From the NCBI GenBank assembly GCA_964541905.1, contig CAZIRU010000001.1:77490-141489 (forward strand): DNA of 64,000 nucleotides, given 5' to 3'. Below are positions 28,230 to 39,070 of this stretch, one piece after another; position 1 is the first letter of the stretch, and every line of letters begins with the position of its first letter. Source of the stretch: an uncultured Verrucomicrobiota bacterium (GTDB lineage: Bacteria; Verrucomicrobiota; Verrucomicrobiia; CAZIPW01). The notes below the pieces were generated by a model that saw only the letters and a program-made list of their open reading frames with translations, searched no databases and was not told the origin of the DNA. The translations under genes were made by a program, and so were the position numbers.

Positions 28230-28601
28230 CTAGCGATACTGCATCTCAGTGGTCGCAGCAGCCAAAAGTCCATTCCTCGAGTGTTGATGAACAATAACTT
28301 TCTTAACTTTCAAGGAGGTGAACATTTCAGAGCCGAGATGAATGGCTGTTGATGGCGACTGAGGCTCATCGGAACGCATGCTTTGGGGACGCTCAACCAG
28401 CAGGTCCGGATGTTGCATCAGTTCGGCCATCCCCTGATCCTCGGAAACATTAGCCCCTCGCAAAATGCTCGAAAGCCTTTGCGCCATATTTTCATGCACG
28501 CGCGAAGTTTGTTTTGCCTCACGGATCCTTCTAAGGGTCTTTGAGCGGCGTGAGCTTTCGGGAGAAATTCTCCCAATTTGATTTTTAAGAGTTTGCGTCA
28601 T
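28230..28601 (-). CDS. Hypothetical protein, 123 aa.
   Basis: ORF downstream of the GT8-like gene. No motif recognised. Confidence 0.35.
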   Translation of the reverse strand: MTQTLKNQIGRISPESSRRSKTLRRIREAKQTSRVHENMAQRLSSILRGANVSEDQGMAELMQHPDLLVERPQSMRSDEPQSPSTAIHLGSEMFTSLKVKKVIVHQHSRNGLLAAATTEMQYR

Positions 28602-28681
28602 ACGAGTTATCAGTACACTATGCGCCTAATTAATCAAGTAAAAATTTCATAAAAATGTAAATTTTCGTGGTTCAGGGGGGC

Positions 28682-29596
28682 TTAGGCTCTATGGTAAAAC
28701 CTTCCAATCGCCGAAGCTATTGACAATGAAAGCCTTAAAAACATCAAGCGAATCGGACAAATCGAGCGCAAGGGGCCGGAAGTGTAAGCAAAAAAGCTCT
28801 TTTGGGCCATTGTAGGTCGTTTTCCCTGAAGTGCTTGTAGAATAAAACGGCCCCTCCATGGCTTATCAGGGCCTATGGCATGTGAAAGCAAATACCCCCC
28901 AGGCGCAAAATCCATTCCCTCGGGCCCGCAGGTATTTAAGGCAAAATCCGCGCAAATGAGCGCCATATTGAGTGCATCTTGATCGGTGGAGCAGAAGAGC
29001 TCCCAAGCGTGCCCGATTTTTAAGTCCGTATGTTTTTGGGAAAGCAAAATGATCTTCTCCCACAGCTCAATAAGAGGTTGCTGCTCTGGGCCCAGCCCGA
29101 TAAATCCGCCGGAATAATAGCGATCCATCGGCCGAAGGCCCTCGGCTAAATGATGCTGCGTTAGCCAATCCTGCCAAAGGAGCCTCAAAGGATGACGGGG
29201 CGGGAAATAACTGTTTACATCTTCACAGAGCGCCACGCCCCCGCGCGCCCATCTTTCGAGCAACTCCCAAGGGCATTTTACAACAATATCGGGATCGAAA
29301 TAAAAAATTTGCTCCGGGTGGTAACGCTCCAAAAGAGCCTTCAAAAAAGTCGGTTTGTAGGTTGTAAAATGCATGGAGATTTTGAGCTCTTCAAAACAGA
29401 GCTCGAGCCCCTCCGCGACAGAAAGCCGCCAAAGGCCATCCGGCGTACCTACCGCATCCTTTGCAAAGGGCGGCAAGGGCCCTCTAAACCCACAATGCAC
29501 AACCCCGCGAAAGCCTCCCGCATAAATGGAATTCACAAGCGCGGCAACCCCATGATAGTGGTCTTTTTCAAAAAGCGTGCAAACAAGCGATGGCAT
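28682..29596 (-). CDS. Nucleotide-diphospho-sugar transferase, probably glycosyltransferase family 8-like.
   Basis: FDPDIVV (DxD) and DQDALN motifs reminiscent of GT8. Family call is uncertain. Confidence 0.55.
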   Translation of the reverse strand: MPSLVCTLFEKDHYHGVAALVNSIYAGGFRGVVHCGFRGPLPPFAKDAVGTPDGLWRLSVAEGLELCFEELKISMHFTTYKPTFLKALLERYHPEQIFYFDPDIVVKCPWELLERWARGGVALCEDVNSYFPPRHPLRLLWQDWLTQHHLAEGLRPMDRYYSGGFIGLGPEQQPLIELWEKIILLSQKHTDLKIGHAWELFCSTDQDALNMALICADFALNTCGPEGMDFAPGGYLLSHAIGPDKPWRGRFILQALQGKRPTMAQKSFFAYTSGPLRSICPIRLMFLRLSLSIASAIGRFYHRA

Positions 29597-29639
29597 GTAA
29601 AATTAAAGACTGAATTTAGGCCTTTGCGGCATGTAAAAT

Positions 29640-30557
29640 TTGATATATAGGTTGGGGGTGAGCGTACCGCATATCAGCATTTGTTTGCCAGCCTATAAAG
29701 CACAGCAGTATATTGGAGCGACTCTGGATTCGATTGCAAGTCAGACCTTTCAAGATTGGGAATTAATCGTGGTAGAAGACGGCTCTCAAGATTCAACAGA
29801 AGAAATTTTGCGCACCTGGGCCAAAAACATCACCCAGTCGATTACCTTCCACCGGCACGAGTGCAACAAGGGATTATCCGCCGCCCGCAACACGGCTATT
29901 TCTTTGGCAAAATCGAATTTCATTGCATTGATTGACGCTGATGACCTTTGGCTTCCTGCGCACTTGGCCAGCCTGGTAAAGATTCAGAATACTACAAATT
30001 GCGATTGGGCCTTTGGAGGTGTATCGCTTTTTGATAGCGATAGCGGCACGCATCTGTATGACCGCACGCCGCCAATTTGCACGGGGAAGGAAATCCCTTT
30101 AAAACTTTTCAATTGCACCTATAATATCCAGCCCTCGGCCACTCTTTTACGAAAATGCTGCGTCGAGGCCGTGGGCGGCTTTGATGCCTCTTTGCGAAGC
30201 GTGGAGGATTTGGATATGTGGATTAAATTATTTAGGCGAGGATATAAACTTGCATACTCAGGCGCAGTTACTTGTCGCTACCGACAACACGCCCAAGCAA
30301 TGACGCGCAACGCCATAGCTATCGCTGAAGCCTTGGCCTTGGTGCAAGAACGCAACTTGGACTGGGAGGGCATCCCCCTAAATGCATCAAAGAAAGAGAC
30401 GGCAAAGACAAGACTGGCGGCCGCACGCATGTTATTAAGAAACGACCCCTCCCGCGCCCTTCTTCATATGCAAAAAGCATTATATTTTAGACCCATTTGG
30501 CCCCGTTTGTGGATCTACATGTGCGTTGCACAATTTTTAAAATTGCTTAAGCGCTAA
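29640..30557 (+). CDS. Glycosyltransferase family 2.
   Basis: ISICLPAYK..., VVEDGSQD (DxD) and a GT-A fold order. Confidence 0.8.
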   Translation: MIYRLGVSVPHISICLPAYKAQQYIGATLDSIASQTFQDWELIVVEDGSQDSTEEILRTWAKNITQSITFHRHECNKGLSAARNTAISLAKSNFIALIDADDLWLPAHLASLVKIQNTTNCDWAFGGVSLFDSDSGTHLYDRTPPICTGKEIPLKLFNCTYNIQPSATLLRKCCVEAVGGFDASLRSVEDLDMWIKLFRRGYKLAYSGAVTCRYRQHAQAMTRNAIAIAEALALVQERNLDWEGIPLNASKKETAKTRLAAARMLLRNDPSRALLHMQKALYFRPIWPRLWIYMCVAQFLKLLKR

Positions 30558-30609
30558 CGCGCTTGGGAGTTGATGAAAAATCAAAAAAACGGTATATTAG
30601 GGGTTTCCC

Positions 30610-31992
30610 ATGAACCGCGTATACATCAAAACGTATGGGTGTCAGATGAACGAGCGCGATAGCGAAGCGGTTGAGGCGGCCTTGCGCGCAAAAGGGTATA
30701 GTTTTGTTGAAAACGAGACCGAAGCTGACATTATACTCATAAATACTTGCTCGGTTAGAGACTTAGCAGAGCAAAAAGCCCTCGGCAAAGCTGGAAGGCT
30801 GCAGAAGCTCAAGCGGATGAAGCCGCAGCTTATTTTGGGAATTATGGGTTGCATGGCCCAAAATCGGGGGGCTGAGCTGCTTGCGCGGCTGCCGGATTTG
30901 GATTTGGTCGTGGGAACGCAAAAACTGCACCGCGTGCCCGAATTTATCGAAAAAGCCATTAAAACAAAAGAAGGGCTCGGGCCAAGACAGGCGAATTTGC
31001 CCAAAAGCGAGCGGAGGGGGCTTGGTTTTGTGGAGATCGGAGAGGAAGCTGGTTCGCAAAATGAGCTACGCGATCATCCCAAGTCCTTTTCAGTCAGCGC
31101 TTTCATCAGTATCCAGCAGGGCTGCGATATGCGCTGTGCCTATTGTATTGTGCCCAAAACACGCGGCGATGAACGCAGTAGGCCTATTAAAGATATCGTG
31201 CAAGAGGTGCGCGAATTAGTCGCAAATGGAACGAAGGAGGTTGTTCTACTGGGACAAATTGTCACAAGCTATGGAAGAAAGTTGGAAAGCTTCTCTGGAG
31301 GCAAGAGCCCATTTGTAAAATTGCTTGAAGAACTCAATGATATTGAGGGGCTTGCGCGAATTCGGTTTACCTCTCCGCATCCGCGCGGTTTTAAAGATGA
31401 CCTCATCGGGTGTTTTGGGAGATTGGAAAAACTATGCGAGCAAGTACATTTGCCGCTGCAAAGCGGAAGCGACCGGATTCTGCGGCTAATGAATCGGCCG
31501 TATGGACGGGAGCGATATTGGGAAATTGTACGCGCATTGAAGGAAAAAGGTGTGGCTCTAAGTACGGATATCATCGTCGGGTTTCCGGGAGAAACGGAAG
31601 ACGACTTTGAACAAACGCGGGAGCTTTTTGAGCGGGTAGGGTTTGACATGGCGTATATTTTTAAATACTCCAAGCGCAGCGGTACGGTAGCGGCAGAAAT
31701 GCAGGAACAGGTCGCAGAGGAGGTGATGGAGCGGCGCAATCAGGTTTTGCTCGAGATTTTGGAGAAAAGCTCGCGGCGGCAGGGCCAAAAGCTGGTCGGA
31801 ACCACGCAAGAGGTTTTGGTTGAAGGATTTGCGAAAAGAGGCGGACGGCTCGTGGGTAAAACGCGCGGCGGCAGAAAGGTGGTTTTTGATGGGGAAGAAA
31901 AGCTAATTGGGAGGCTTGTTAAAATCGAAATTCAAAACTCAAGCGTGGCGGCACTAGAGGGGCAGGTGGATTTTGGTTTGCCCGCACGGTAG
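30610..31992 (+). CDS. miaB: tRNA-2-methylthio-N6-dimethylallyladenosine synthase MiaB.
   Basis: YIKTYGCQMNERDSE, radical-SAM CAYCIVP and a TRAM C-terminus. Confidence 0.9.
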   Translation: MNRVYIKTYGCQMNERDSEAVEAALRAKGYSFVENETEADIILINTCSVRDLAEQKALGKAGRLQKLKRMKPQLILGIMGCMAQNRGAELLARLPDLDLVVGTQKLHRVPEFIEKAIKTKEGLGPRQANLPKSERRGLGFVEIGEEAGSQNELRDHPKSFSVSAFISIQQGCDMRCAYCIVPKTRGDERSRPIKDIVQEVRELVANGTKEVVLLGQIVTSYGRKLESFSGGKSPFVKLLEELNDIEGLARIRFTSPHPRGFKDDLIGCFGRLEKLCEQVHLPLQSGSDRILRLMNRPYGRERYWEIVRALKEKGVALSTDIIVGFPGETEDDFEQTRELFERVGFDMAYIFKYSKRSGTVAAEMQEQVAEEVMERRNQVLLEILEKSSRRQGQKLVGTTQEVLVEGFAKRGGRLVGKTRGGRKVVFDGEEKLIGRLVKIEIQNSSVAALEGQVDFGLPAR

Positions 31993-32012
31993 CGCTGAAG
32001 TAACCTTGAGGG

Positions 32013-32687
32013 ATGTTTTATCCGCCTCCGCAGAAGACCATGCCATTAGGCGTTGATGAATGTGGCAAGTTTGCTTCTGACTACGGCGTGATGTCGCACC
32101 TTGCGTGCGCAGCGCAAGGAACCTCGGGTTTACCCGTGGGGCTCCATTTAACGATAGCGACGCTTGTTTTGGCGGTTATTTTCCTGCTTAAAGGCGCGTT
32201 TCTTTTGTGGGGAAGTGAGGCTTCGCACAAGCGCGCGATGGCCCTTTTGTATAACCGAGGGGCTAGCATAACACTATGGGCAGTAGCCGTTGCGTGGGTA
32301 CTATGGGAAACGCTTAAGCTGGGGCCGGCCGATTTTGGCGACCTAAAATGGCCGCTTTTTACACTCTTCGCAGCGCTCGGGATTTCCAGCATCTGGATGC
32401 TCAAAGATTATCTGATCGTGCGCGCAGGATGCGTCTTGTGGCTGCTTTTGGCGTGGAGGTTCCTCAAGGCGGCCTTTTTGAGGCCGGAAGGCTCGCGGCT
32501 TTTGATGGTAGGGGTGGTTTATCTGCTGATTGTGGCGGCGCTTTATCTGGCTGTGGCCCCGTGGCGCGCACGCGATATTTTGGAGGCCCTCGCGCCCGGG
32601 AAAAAGCTTAGGGGTGTCGTCGGAAAAATCGTTTTTGGCGTGGGCGCCCTGCTGATGCTCGCCGCGGCAACGTATCGCTGGGCGTAG
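32013..32687 (+). CDS. Hypothetical integral membrane protein.
   Basis: At least five predicted hydrophobic helices. The start is uncertain. Confidence 0.45.
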   Translation: MFYPPPQKTMPLGVDECGKFASDYGVMSHLACAAQGTSGLPVGLHLTIATLVLAVIFLLKGAFLLWGSEASHKRAMALLYNRGASITLWAVAVAWVLWETLKLGPADFGDLKWPLFTLFAALGISSIWMLKDYLIVRAGCVLWLLLAWRFLKAAFLRPEGSRLLMVGVVYLLIVAALYLAVAPWRARDILEALAPGKKLRGVVGKIVFGVGALLMLAAATYRWA

Positions 32688-32727
32688 AAGGATAGACTTT
32701 TGGGGCCAGAGTGCCGTAAGAAGAGGC

Positions 32728-33318
32728 ATGGAAGAAAATCAGGTGTGGCTGCTTTTGAGCGGGCCCAGCGGAGTGGGAAAAAGCACGCTCATTGACCAGA
32801 TGGTGGGGTTTTTCAAACCCGCGTTGGAGGCCGTCGTCACCACAACCACTCGCGCGCTCCGCGAAGGCGAACGCGAAGGGGCCCCCTATTATTTTCTGAG
32901 CGCGGAGGAATTTGAAAAGCGAAAGGAGCAGGGCGCCTTTGTGGAGACAACGCAACGTCACGGCATCGGCTATGGAACTCTAAAGGAGGAAATCGAGTCG
33001 CGGCTTTTGAGTGGGCGCGACCTGATCATGCAGGTGGATTTTTTCGGCATGAAAGAATTTAAAAAGCTGCGCGAGCGCTGGGGCAAAATCAGAATCGCAA
33101 GCATATTCCTAAAACCGCAAAGTCTGGATGCGCTCCGAGAACGCTTGCAGCGCCGAGGCCGCAACAGCCCGGAAGAAGTGGCCGCGCGCTTGAAAATAGC
33201 CGAGGAAGATTTGTCGCACGCGGGAGCTTACGATTATTGCTTTGAAAGCGGCACTTACGAGCAAGACTTTCAACGAATGCGCGGAATTTACTTGGCCGAA
33301 AAAGCGCGGGTAATGTGA
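32728..33318 (+). CDS. gmk: Guanylate kinase.
   Basis: LLLSGPSGVGKSTL P-loop, with the overall Gmk length and motifs. Confidence 0.9.
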   Translation: MEENQVWLLLSGPSGVGKSTLIDQMVGFFKPALEAVVTTTTRALREGEREGAPYYFLSAEEFEKRKEQGAFVETTQRHGIGYGTLKEEIESRLLSGRDLIMQVDFFGMKEFKKLRERWGKIRIASIFLKPQSLDALRERLQRRGRNSPEEVAARLKIAEEDLSHAGAYDYCFESGTYEQDFQRMRGIYLAEKARVM

Positions 33319-33372
33319 GGAGCCGAGAACGAAGGCTTGTCTTGCGGCGCGAAAAAGCCGTAAGAAAAATGT

Positions 33373-34173
33373 ATGCTGCATGACCCCAAAAAGCTGCTTC
33401 TGGTGGCTGGCCCTTCGCTTTTGGAAAACAAGCTTGCGGTCTTTAAAGTGGCAGAGGCCCTCAAAGCTCTTTCGCAAAAACATGCGGAAAGCTTGACGGT
33501 CGTTTTTCGCAGCTCATTTGACAAACCCCACCGCGGCACGCTCTTTAGCGCGAGGGGAAGCGGCCTCGAAGAAGGGCTGCGGCTGCTGACGGAAGTCAAA
33601 GATCAACTGGAGCTAAAAATCTCGACGGATGTACACGAGCGGCAACAGATTGAGCCCGCCTCGCTTGTGTGCGACGTACTGCAGATCCCTTCGCTTTTGT
33701 GCCGGCAAAATGACCTGATCACCGACGCGGCCAAAAGCGGATGCGTGGTCAATCTGCGCAAAGGCGTGGCGCTCTCGCCGATTGACGCTCTGCAGCTCGC
33801 CGAAAAAGTCGAGTGTGCGCACGCAACCGAATTTTGGATGACCGAACGCGGAAGTGCGTTTGGCTATAACCAACTAATGTGTGATATGCGGATCTTTACC
33901 GCGCTCAAACATACGGATTGTCCGGTCCTCTTTGATGCTTCGATCACAACCGAGTTGCCCGAAGGCGTGGCCCAGCGGCTAAAAAACAGCGCTCGGGCCT
34001 TTTCCCTGCCGCTGGCAAAGGCGGCGTTGGCGGCCGGAGCTGCAGGGCTTTATTTGGATGTGCATCCCGAGCCGGAAAACGCTTTGGTCGATAATGCAAC
34101 ACAGCTGCCTCTTAAGGAGCTGGACGGGTTTGTCGCACAGGCGCTGGAGCTTTGGCAAAAATTGCACGCCTAG
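33373..34173 (+). CDS. kdsA: 3-deoxy-8-phosphooctulonate (Kdo-8-P) synthase.
   Basis: LLVAGPSLLENK... and the (beta/alpha)8 KDO8PS signature. 266 aa. Confidence 0.9.
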   Translation: MLHDPKKLLLVAGPSLLENKLAVFKVAEALKALSQKHAESLTVVFRSSFDKPHRGTLFSARGSGLEEGLRLLTEVKDQLELKISTDVHERQQIEPASLVCDVLQIPSLLCRQNDLITDAAKSGCVVNLRKGVALSPIDALQLAEKVECAHATEFWMTERGSAFGYNQLMCDMRIFTALKHTDCPVLFDASITTELPEGVAQRLKNSARAFSLPLAKAALAAGAAGLYLDVHPEPENALVDNATQLPLKELDGFVAQALELWQKLHA

Positions 34174-35309
34174 GAAGGTTGGGTCGGCTTCTGCAACGTA
34201 TCAAAAAGGAGAGCCTCAAGGCGTTCGGCCACCGTTGCTGGCTGGAAGCGCTTTTCATAACTCGGACGGGCAGCCGCACGCAAATCGGAGAGCGCGGAAG
34301 GCGAAAGGGCCGCAAAACGCTCGAACAGCTCCCGCGTACCTTTGAGGGTGTCGGCGGCTACGAGCGCGCAACCGTCGGCAGCAACGTCGCGAGCGAGCGC
34401 AACCTTATCGGAGAGCAAAACGGGGGTCCCCATCGAAAGTGCCTCGGCCACGACCATGCCAAAATTTTCTTGGTGCGAGGGTAAAATCAAAGCCTGAGCC
34501 GCAGCAAGCGCGCCCCACTTGACAGGGCCTTCCAAAAGCCCCGTCCAAACGACCTTTTTGGAAGCGGCGAGATGGCGCAAGCGGGTGTAATAAAAGGTGC
34601 ACTCCGGAGGCCCTGCCATAACGAGAGCCGTTGAGGGAGGAAGCGCCCTGAGGAGCAGATGTGGGGCTTTTTTGGGATGAAAACGCGAAAGATAGAGGAA
34701 GAAGGGCGTTTGCGCGAGGGAAGGGAAGGCTGCATAAAAAGCCTCGCGGGCCTCGGCGGCTGAAACGGGAGAGCTGCGCAGGCCAAGGCCGACGATCAGC
34801 TGGCGGCGTGGCGCAAAGAAAGGGAAGGTGTGCTGGCTGGACTCGAGCTCTGCGGTTGTGGTGTAGAGGAGCGCGGCGGCGTGATTGAGGGTGTGGCGTT
34901 CAAAGAGCAGATAGTAGGCGAGCTTTTTAAGATATTTGAGGGGAAATCGATTGAAATAGCCATCCAGCATGCCATGAGGAAAAAGAAAGTAGGGGATTTG
35001 CCCGCGCAGCGCCCAGCGCGCAAAAGGAGCGGTCGAAAAAAGCCAAAGGCCATTCAAAAAAAGAGCATCTGGCCGCGGAAGGGCGGCCAGTTTGCCATCA
35101 AGGTCGGGGACAAAACCGTGCAAATTTTTGGGCGGACCGAAGGCATGAATTTTGACAAACGGAGGCGCTTCGGCTGGAGGCGCCCCATCGAGGGTAATCA
35201 AATCAACCGCATGGCCGCGTTCGGCAAGCGCTGACGCAAGTTCAAGCGTAGCGGAAGCAACCCCGCCACTTGAGGCATTTAACGTATGTACGACGAAGCT
35301 TAAACGCAT
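34170..35309 (-). CDS. Glycosyltransferase family 1 (GT4-type).
   Basis: The C-terminal GT-B EX7E-like region (ENFGMVVAEALSMGTPVLLS). Confidence 0.8.
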   Translation of the reverse strand: MRLSFVVHTLNASSGGVASATLELASALAERGHAVDLITLDGAPPAEAPPFVKIHAFGPPKNLHGFVPDLDGKLAALPRPDALFLNGLWLFSTAPFARWALRGQIPYFLFPHGMLDGYFNRFPLKYLKKLAYYLLFERHTLNHAAALLYTTTAELESSQHTFPFFAPRRQLIVGLGLRSSPVSAAEAREAFYAAFPSLAQTPFFLYLSRFHPKKAPHLLLRALPPSTALVMAGPPECTFYYTRLRHLAASKKVVWTGLLEGPVKWGALAAAQALILPSHQENFGMVVAEALSMGTPVLLSDKVALARDVAADGCALVAADTLKGTRELFERFAALSPSALSDLRAAARPSYEKRFQPATVAERLEALLFDTLQKPTQPS

Positions 35310-36538
35310 GATTCAAGTGCATTAAGAAGGCTCTCGCGGAAAGCCTCGGGCGTAAAACCTTTAGCAAGAGCCAAACCCTTGGCAATTAGTGCAGCGCGCT
35401 CTTCGAGTGAAGCGTTGAGATAGGCAAGGAGCTTGGGGGCGTTGGCTTGCGCCCAAGTCTCAATTTCGTCTGGGCGGGGCGTCTCGAGGATAACGGAGGC
35501 GCCCGTGGCAAAGCAGGTTTTTAGCGAGGAGTTGTCGGTAATAATAAGGGGCGTGGCGCACGCAAGCGCTTCCAGCGCCGGCCAGCCAAAACCCTCATTG
35601 AAGGAAAGAAGCAGGAAGGCTTCTGCCCCGCAATAAAGTGCCTGCATCTCCGCGTTGGAAACATCTGGAAAAGAATAAACCTCAACGCCACCCTTTTGGG
35701 CAATCGCAAGCTCGCTCGCGTCCATCGCAGTCCCCGCAAAAACAAGAGCCGGTGGAGTCGGGGTTAATTTTTTCAATTCTGCGCACAAATGAACGATCCC
35801 TTCGCGGTTTTTGTACCAAGCCGAAGAACCCATGTAGAGTAAATACGCCCGAGGAAGGACGCCCTTTTTGCGCCAGAGCGCTTCCTGTCGAAGACGCAGC
35901 TCCTCCGGCGGCAGGGGCGCGTAAGGGTAGTTTAGGCAAAGAGGAGCCACGCTAACGCGCGAAGCAAGCTGGGGCAAAAAACGCTTGGCATCAGCGGCTG
36001 TCGCTTCGGAAGGACACACGGCACAAGCGCAATTTCGCAGGCCGGAAAGATTCATCTGCTGGGAAAAACGTTGGCCAAAAGTGCTTTTGGGAAGACCGGC
36101 AAAATCATCCAGCGTCACGCGAAGCGCCGTGAGGTCGCTGATAAACGAACAAACACGGAAACCCGTCAAGGCGGTAGCCAAAAATCCGAGAGACTGATCG
36201 CTTAAGAAAACCACAAAATGGCGTTTTTCCTTTTGCGCTTTCTTGCGCAAAGACGAAAGCTTGATGCGCAAAATAAGCGAAGAAAAAAAGAGCCTCTCGA
36301 AGAGCGCCACCGCACGATGAATTTGGGGAACGCCGAGGGTTAAGTCCCCTAAAAAACTTGGGGGCGTCACGTTTATCACCTCGACGGGAGCTCCCGAGCG
36401 GCCACGGGAAAGCTCTTCGGCCATCAGGGAACACAGCAGCCTAATGCTGCGGAAAGGCTGGTACTCAAAAGGCTCAATCAAGGCGACCGTAAGCGACTTC
36501 ATCGGGTAAAGCATAAACACACGCACAAAATTTTCCAA
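35300..36538 (-). CDS. Glycosyltransferase family 1.
   Basis: GT-B layout with NEGFGWPALEALACATPLIIT. Confidence 0.75.
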   Translation of the reverse strand: MENFVRVFMLYPMKSLTVALIEPFEYQPFRSIRLLCSLMAEELSRGRSGAPVEVINVTPPSFLGDLTLGVPQIHRAVALFERLFFSSLILRIKLSSLRKKAQKEKRHFVVFLSDQSLGFLATALTGFRVCSFISDLTALRVTLDDFAGLPKSTFGQRFSQQMNLSGLRNCACAVCPSEATAADAKRFLPQLASRVSVAPLCLNYPYAPLPPEELRLRQEALWRKKGVLPRAYLLYMGSSAWYKNREGIVHLCAELKKLTPTPPALVFAGTAMDASELAIAQKGGVEVYSFPDVSNAEMQALYCGAEAFLLLSFNEGFGWPALEALACATPLIITDNSSLKTCFATGASVILETPRPDEIETWAQANAPKLLAYLNASLEERAALIAKGLALAKGFTPEAFRESLLNALESCV

Positions 36539-36560
36539 GCTTGGACTGGCGGCCGGAATA

Positions 36561-37877
36561 TTAAAGGGAGCGCATCAATGCACGGAAGAGCGGATGGTCC
36601 TGATAGGCCGGACGCGTTGCCGCCAAAATAAAGCCAGCCCCCAACGAAGCAAAGCCTAAAATCGTCGGCTGACCCCAGCCTCCGCTAAAAACCCACGGCA
36701 GAATTGCGGCGCAAAGAAGCCACGGCGTGGCATTGCCCTGCTGTTTAAGCGCTCGATAGCTCCAATAGAGCAAATAAAAACACAAGGCCACCCGAAGGCC
36801 AATTAGCGCCACCCCCAAAATGAGCCCGCTCTCGCGCAAAAGACGAGTCCACTCCACTTCGCCAAGCGCAAAAACACGCTGGCCCACAAGCAAAGAGGTT
36901 CCCACATTCGTGCCGGCTCCCGTGCCGGCTCCCGTGAAAGAAACGTCGCTAAGAATCCTAAATGGCTCCATCAGCTCGCTATAAATACGCTCGGCAATCC
37001 CCATCGTCGGAGTTCCCATCGTGTCGGCCTCGTCAAAGCGCGCCGCCATCAGCGAGCTTCCCCACTGGAAAAGCGGCGTCAGGCTGGCCAAAAGGCCCAA
37101 CAGCACCACGCTGGAAATAAAAAGAAGACCGCGCTTGACCCGTGAGGGATTGAGAAAGAAAACCAAAACTGCTCCCGCAAGGACTAGAAGGCAGGCAACG
37201 ACGGAACTGCGGCTCAAGGAACATGCCAACGCGAAAAGAAGCGCTATGAATGAAAGAGTGCGGAGAAAACGTGAGCTCTTTTCAAAAAACGCCGAGGCGA
37301 TAAAGGCACACTGAAGCGAAAGGAAAGCTGTTGCGCCAATCACAAAAGAAAACGTGGCCGCCGGACGCACGTGATCGAGGCTGGCTTGCATCTGCGTGTA
37401 AGTGCCACCCACGGCAATATTGAGAATATGCCGCGCGGGCAACATAAACTGCAAAATAATAAGAGCCGCCATCGGCAACGATACCCATAAAAGCGCCTTG
37501 CCAAAAGCGCGCACATCGTCCTGCGAGAAAATTCGAGGGATGATAAAAATAAGCGGCAGATGGAGAAAATTGGCGCGCAACCCGAAGAGCGCCACTAGAA
37601 GATTGCCGTGTCCCCACAAAAGCGCGGAAATAAAAAGCAGCACCGCAAGAATGGCCGAATAGCCGATAAATCCATTTAAAGGGAACTGTCGCCGCGAAGC
37701 CGCCAAAAGGTAAATCAAAAGGACAACCGGATCGCGTATTAGCAGGAGAGGGTTTGAATAGCCCGGCAAAAACCATTTGCGTAAAGCCCCCTCAAACAAG
37801 AGCAGCCAAAAGTAGAGCCAAACCAAACGGCGGGCCCAGAGAATTTCCGGATTGCGGCGAAGAGCGTCAGTTTCCAT
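36561..37877 (-). CDS. O-antigen ligase/polymerase family membrane protein (WaaL/Wzy-like).
   Basis: About 11 TM helices with a large periplasmic loop, as in the O-antigen ligase family. Confidence 0.65.
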   Translation of the reverse strand: METDALRRNPEILWARRLVWLYFWLLLFEGALRKWFLPGYSNPLLLIRDPVVLLIYLLAASRRQFPLNGFIGYSAILAVLLFISALLWGHGNLLVALFGLRANFLHLPLIFIIPRIFSQDDVRAFGKALLWVSLPMAALIILQFMLPARHILNIAVGGTYTQMQASLDHVRPAATFSFVIGATAFLSLQCAFIASAFFEKSSRFLRTLSFIALLFALACSLSRSSVVACLLVLAGAVLVFFLNPSRVKRGLLFISSVVLLGLLASLTPLFQWGSSLMAARFDEADTMGTPTMGIAERIYSELMEPFRILSDVSFTGAGTGAGTNVGTSLLVGQRVFALGEVEWTRLLRESGLILGVALIGLRVALCFYLLYWSYRALKQQGNATPWLLCAAILPWVFSGGWGQPTILGFASLGAGFILAATRPAYQDHPLFRALMRSL

Positions 37878-39051
37878 GTCGGGTAAGCTCTTTTATAAGC
37901 GTTTGCTCATAAACTTGCCAGCTTAACTGTTGCGCGCGCTGATAGGCGGCTTCTTGCATGGCCGCAAGCGCCGTACGGTTTTTGATCATCCAGGTGAGTT
38001 TTTCGGTGATGGCCACCGAAGAGCGAATGGGAACAATAAAGCCCTCATGCCCATCGGTAATAAAATCGGGCGCTGCCGTGTTCGCCGTGGTAATGACGGG
38101 CAACCCGCAACTGAGAGCCTCCGTCAAAACGAGCCCAAAACCTTCGAACAACGAGGGAAAGATCAGAACGTCGTGGCGGCGCATCTGCTCGAGGATTTCG
38201 GAGTGTGGGAGGCTGGCTTTATGCGTGTGCGCTGCAATGGCCTTCTCGAGGGCACCGCAGTGCGAAACGGGGGGGCGCCCAATTACGGTCAGCGTCAAGT
38301 GATTGTGCAGCGAAACAACGGCGTCGAAAAGATAGCTCAAGCCTTTGCGCTGCGTAAGCGCTCCCACGTAGAGAACCTTCAACTTTCCAGAGGTATGCCG
38401 GCGCTCCAGAGGTCCCGGCGGTGGCGCGCCATAGGGGATAACCGAAAGGGTTTGCTTAGGCGAAATGAGTCCGGCAAGCGTATGGGCCGTAAAAGACGAG
38501 GGGACAAAGATGCGGTCGGCCATCGCCAGCTCAACGTCTTTGCGGACCAGTTTCTTTTCGGAATCGCGCAAGCCTGTAAGTGTGGGCGCCCACGCAGGAT
38601 TGAGGAGCGCCTCATCACGAAAAAGCTGCTGGGCGGCCTTGTGATGGCCGATGGGCAGCTCGTAGAAAGTTTGCAAAGACAGCTTTTTGGCGGCGAGAAA
38701 GGTCTGGGAGGCCCCATCTTCGTAGCAATATACCCCCTTGAGTTTCCCGTCGCGAGCCAAGCTGGGCAAATCGCGCGCCAACGCCGCATCCAACCGGCGG
38801 TACACCTCGTCTATGGAAGGCCCCACCTTGCCAGGCAGCAAGAGCCTCATCAGCTCGCCCAAAGGATGGGGGCAGATTTTTGAATAGGAGATGGGATAGC
38901 TGCGGCGTGCCGGAAGCGTTCCGAAAAGATTACCCAGCCAACGAGGCCAAGCCAGCGTCGTGTAAAAACTTTGCAGAAGCCCAGCTGCGTCAAGCGCCGC
39001 AAGCGCATGGCGCACGTTGGGATTGCCGGTAGGGTGAGAAAGAATCAGCAT
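37867..39051 (-). CDS. Glycosyltransferase family 1 (GT4).
   Basis: FEGFGLVLTEALSCGLPVITT is the EX7E motif. Confidence 0.8.
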   Translation of the reverse strand: MLILSHPTGNPNVRHALAALDAAGLLQSFYTTLAWPRWLGNLFGTLPARRSYPISYSKICPHPLGELMRLLLPGKVGPSIDEVYRRLDAALARDLPSLARDGKLKGVYCYEDGASQTFLAAKKLSLQTFYELPIGHHKAAQQLFRDEALLNPAWAPTLTGLRDSEKKLVRKDVELAMADRIFVPSSFTAHTLAGLISPKQTLSVIPYGAPPPGPLERRHTSGKLKVLYVGALTQRKGLSYLFDAVVSLHNHLTLTVIGRPPVSHCGALEKAIAAHTHKASLPHSEILEQMRRHDVLIFPSLFEGFGLVLTEALSCGLPVITTANTAAPDFITDGHEGFIVPIRSSVAITEKLTWMIKNRTALAAMQEAAYQRAQQLSWQVYEQTLIKELTRHGN

Positions 39052-39070
39052 GAGAGAAAATTATAGCGGT

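Noticed and set aside
37930-38883. 317-aa ORF on the plus strand
   Set aside because: Antisense to a GT1 gene with a clear EX7E motif. Arg-rich low-complexity translation.
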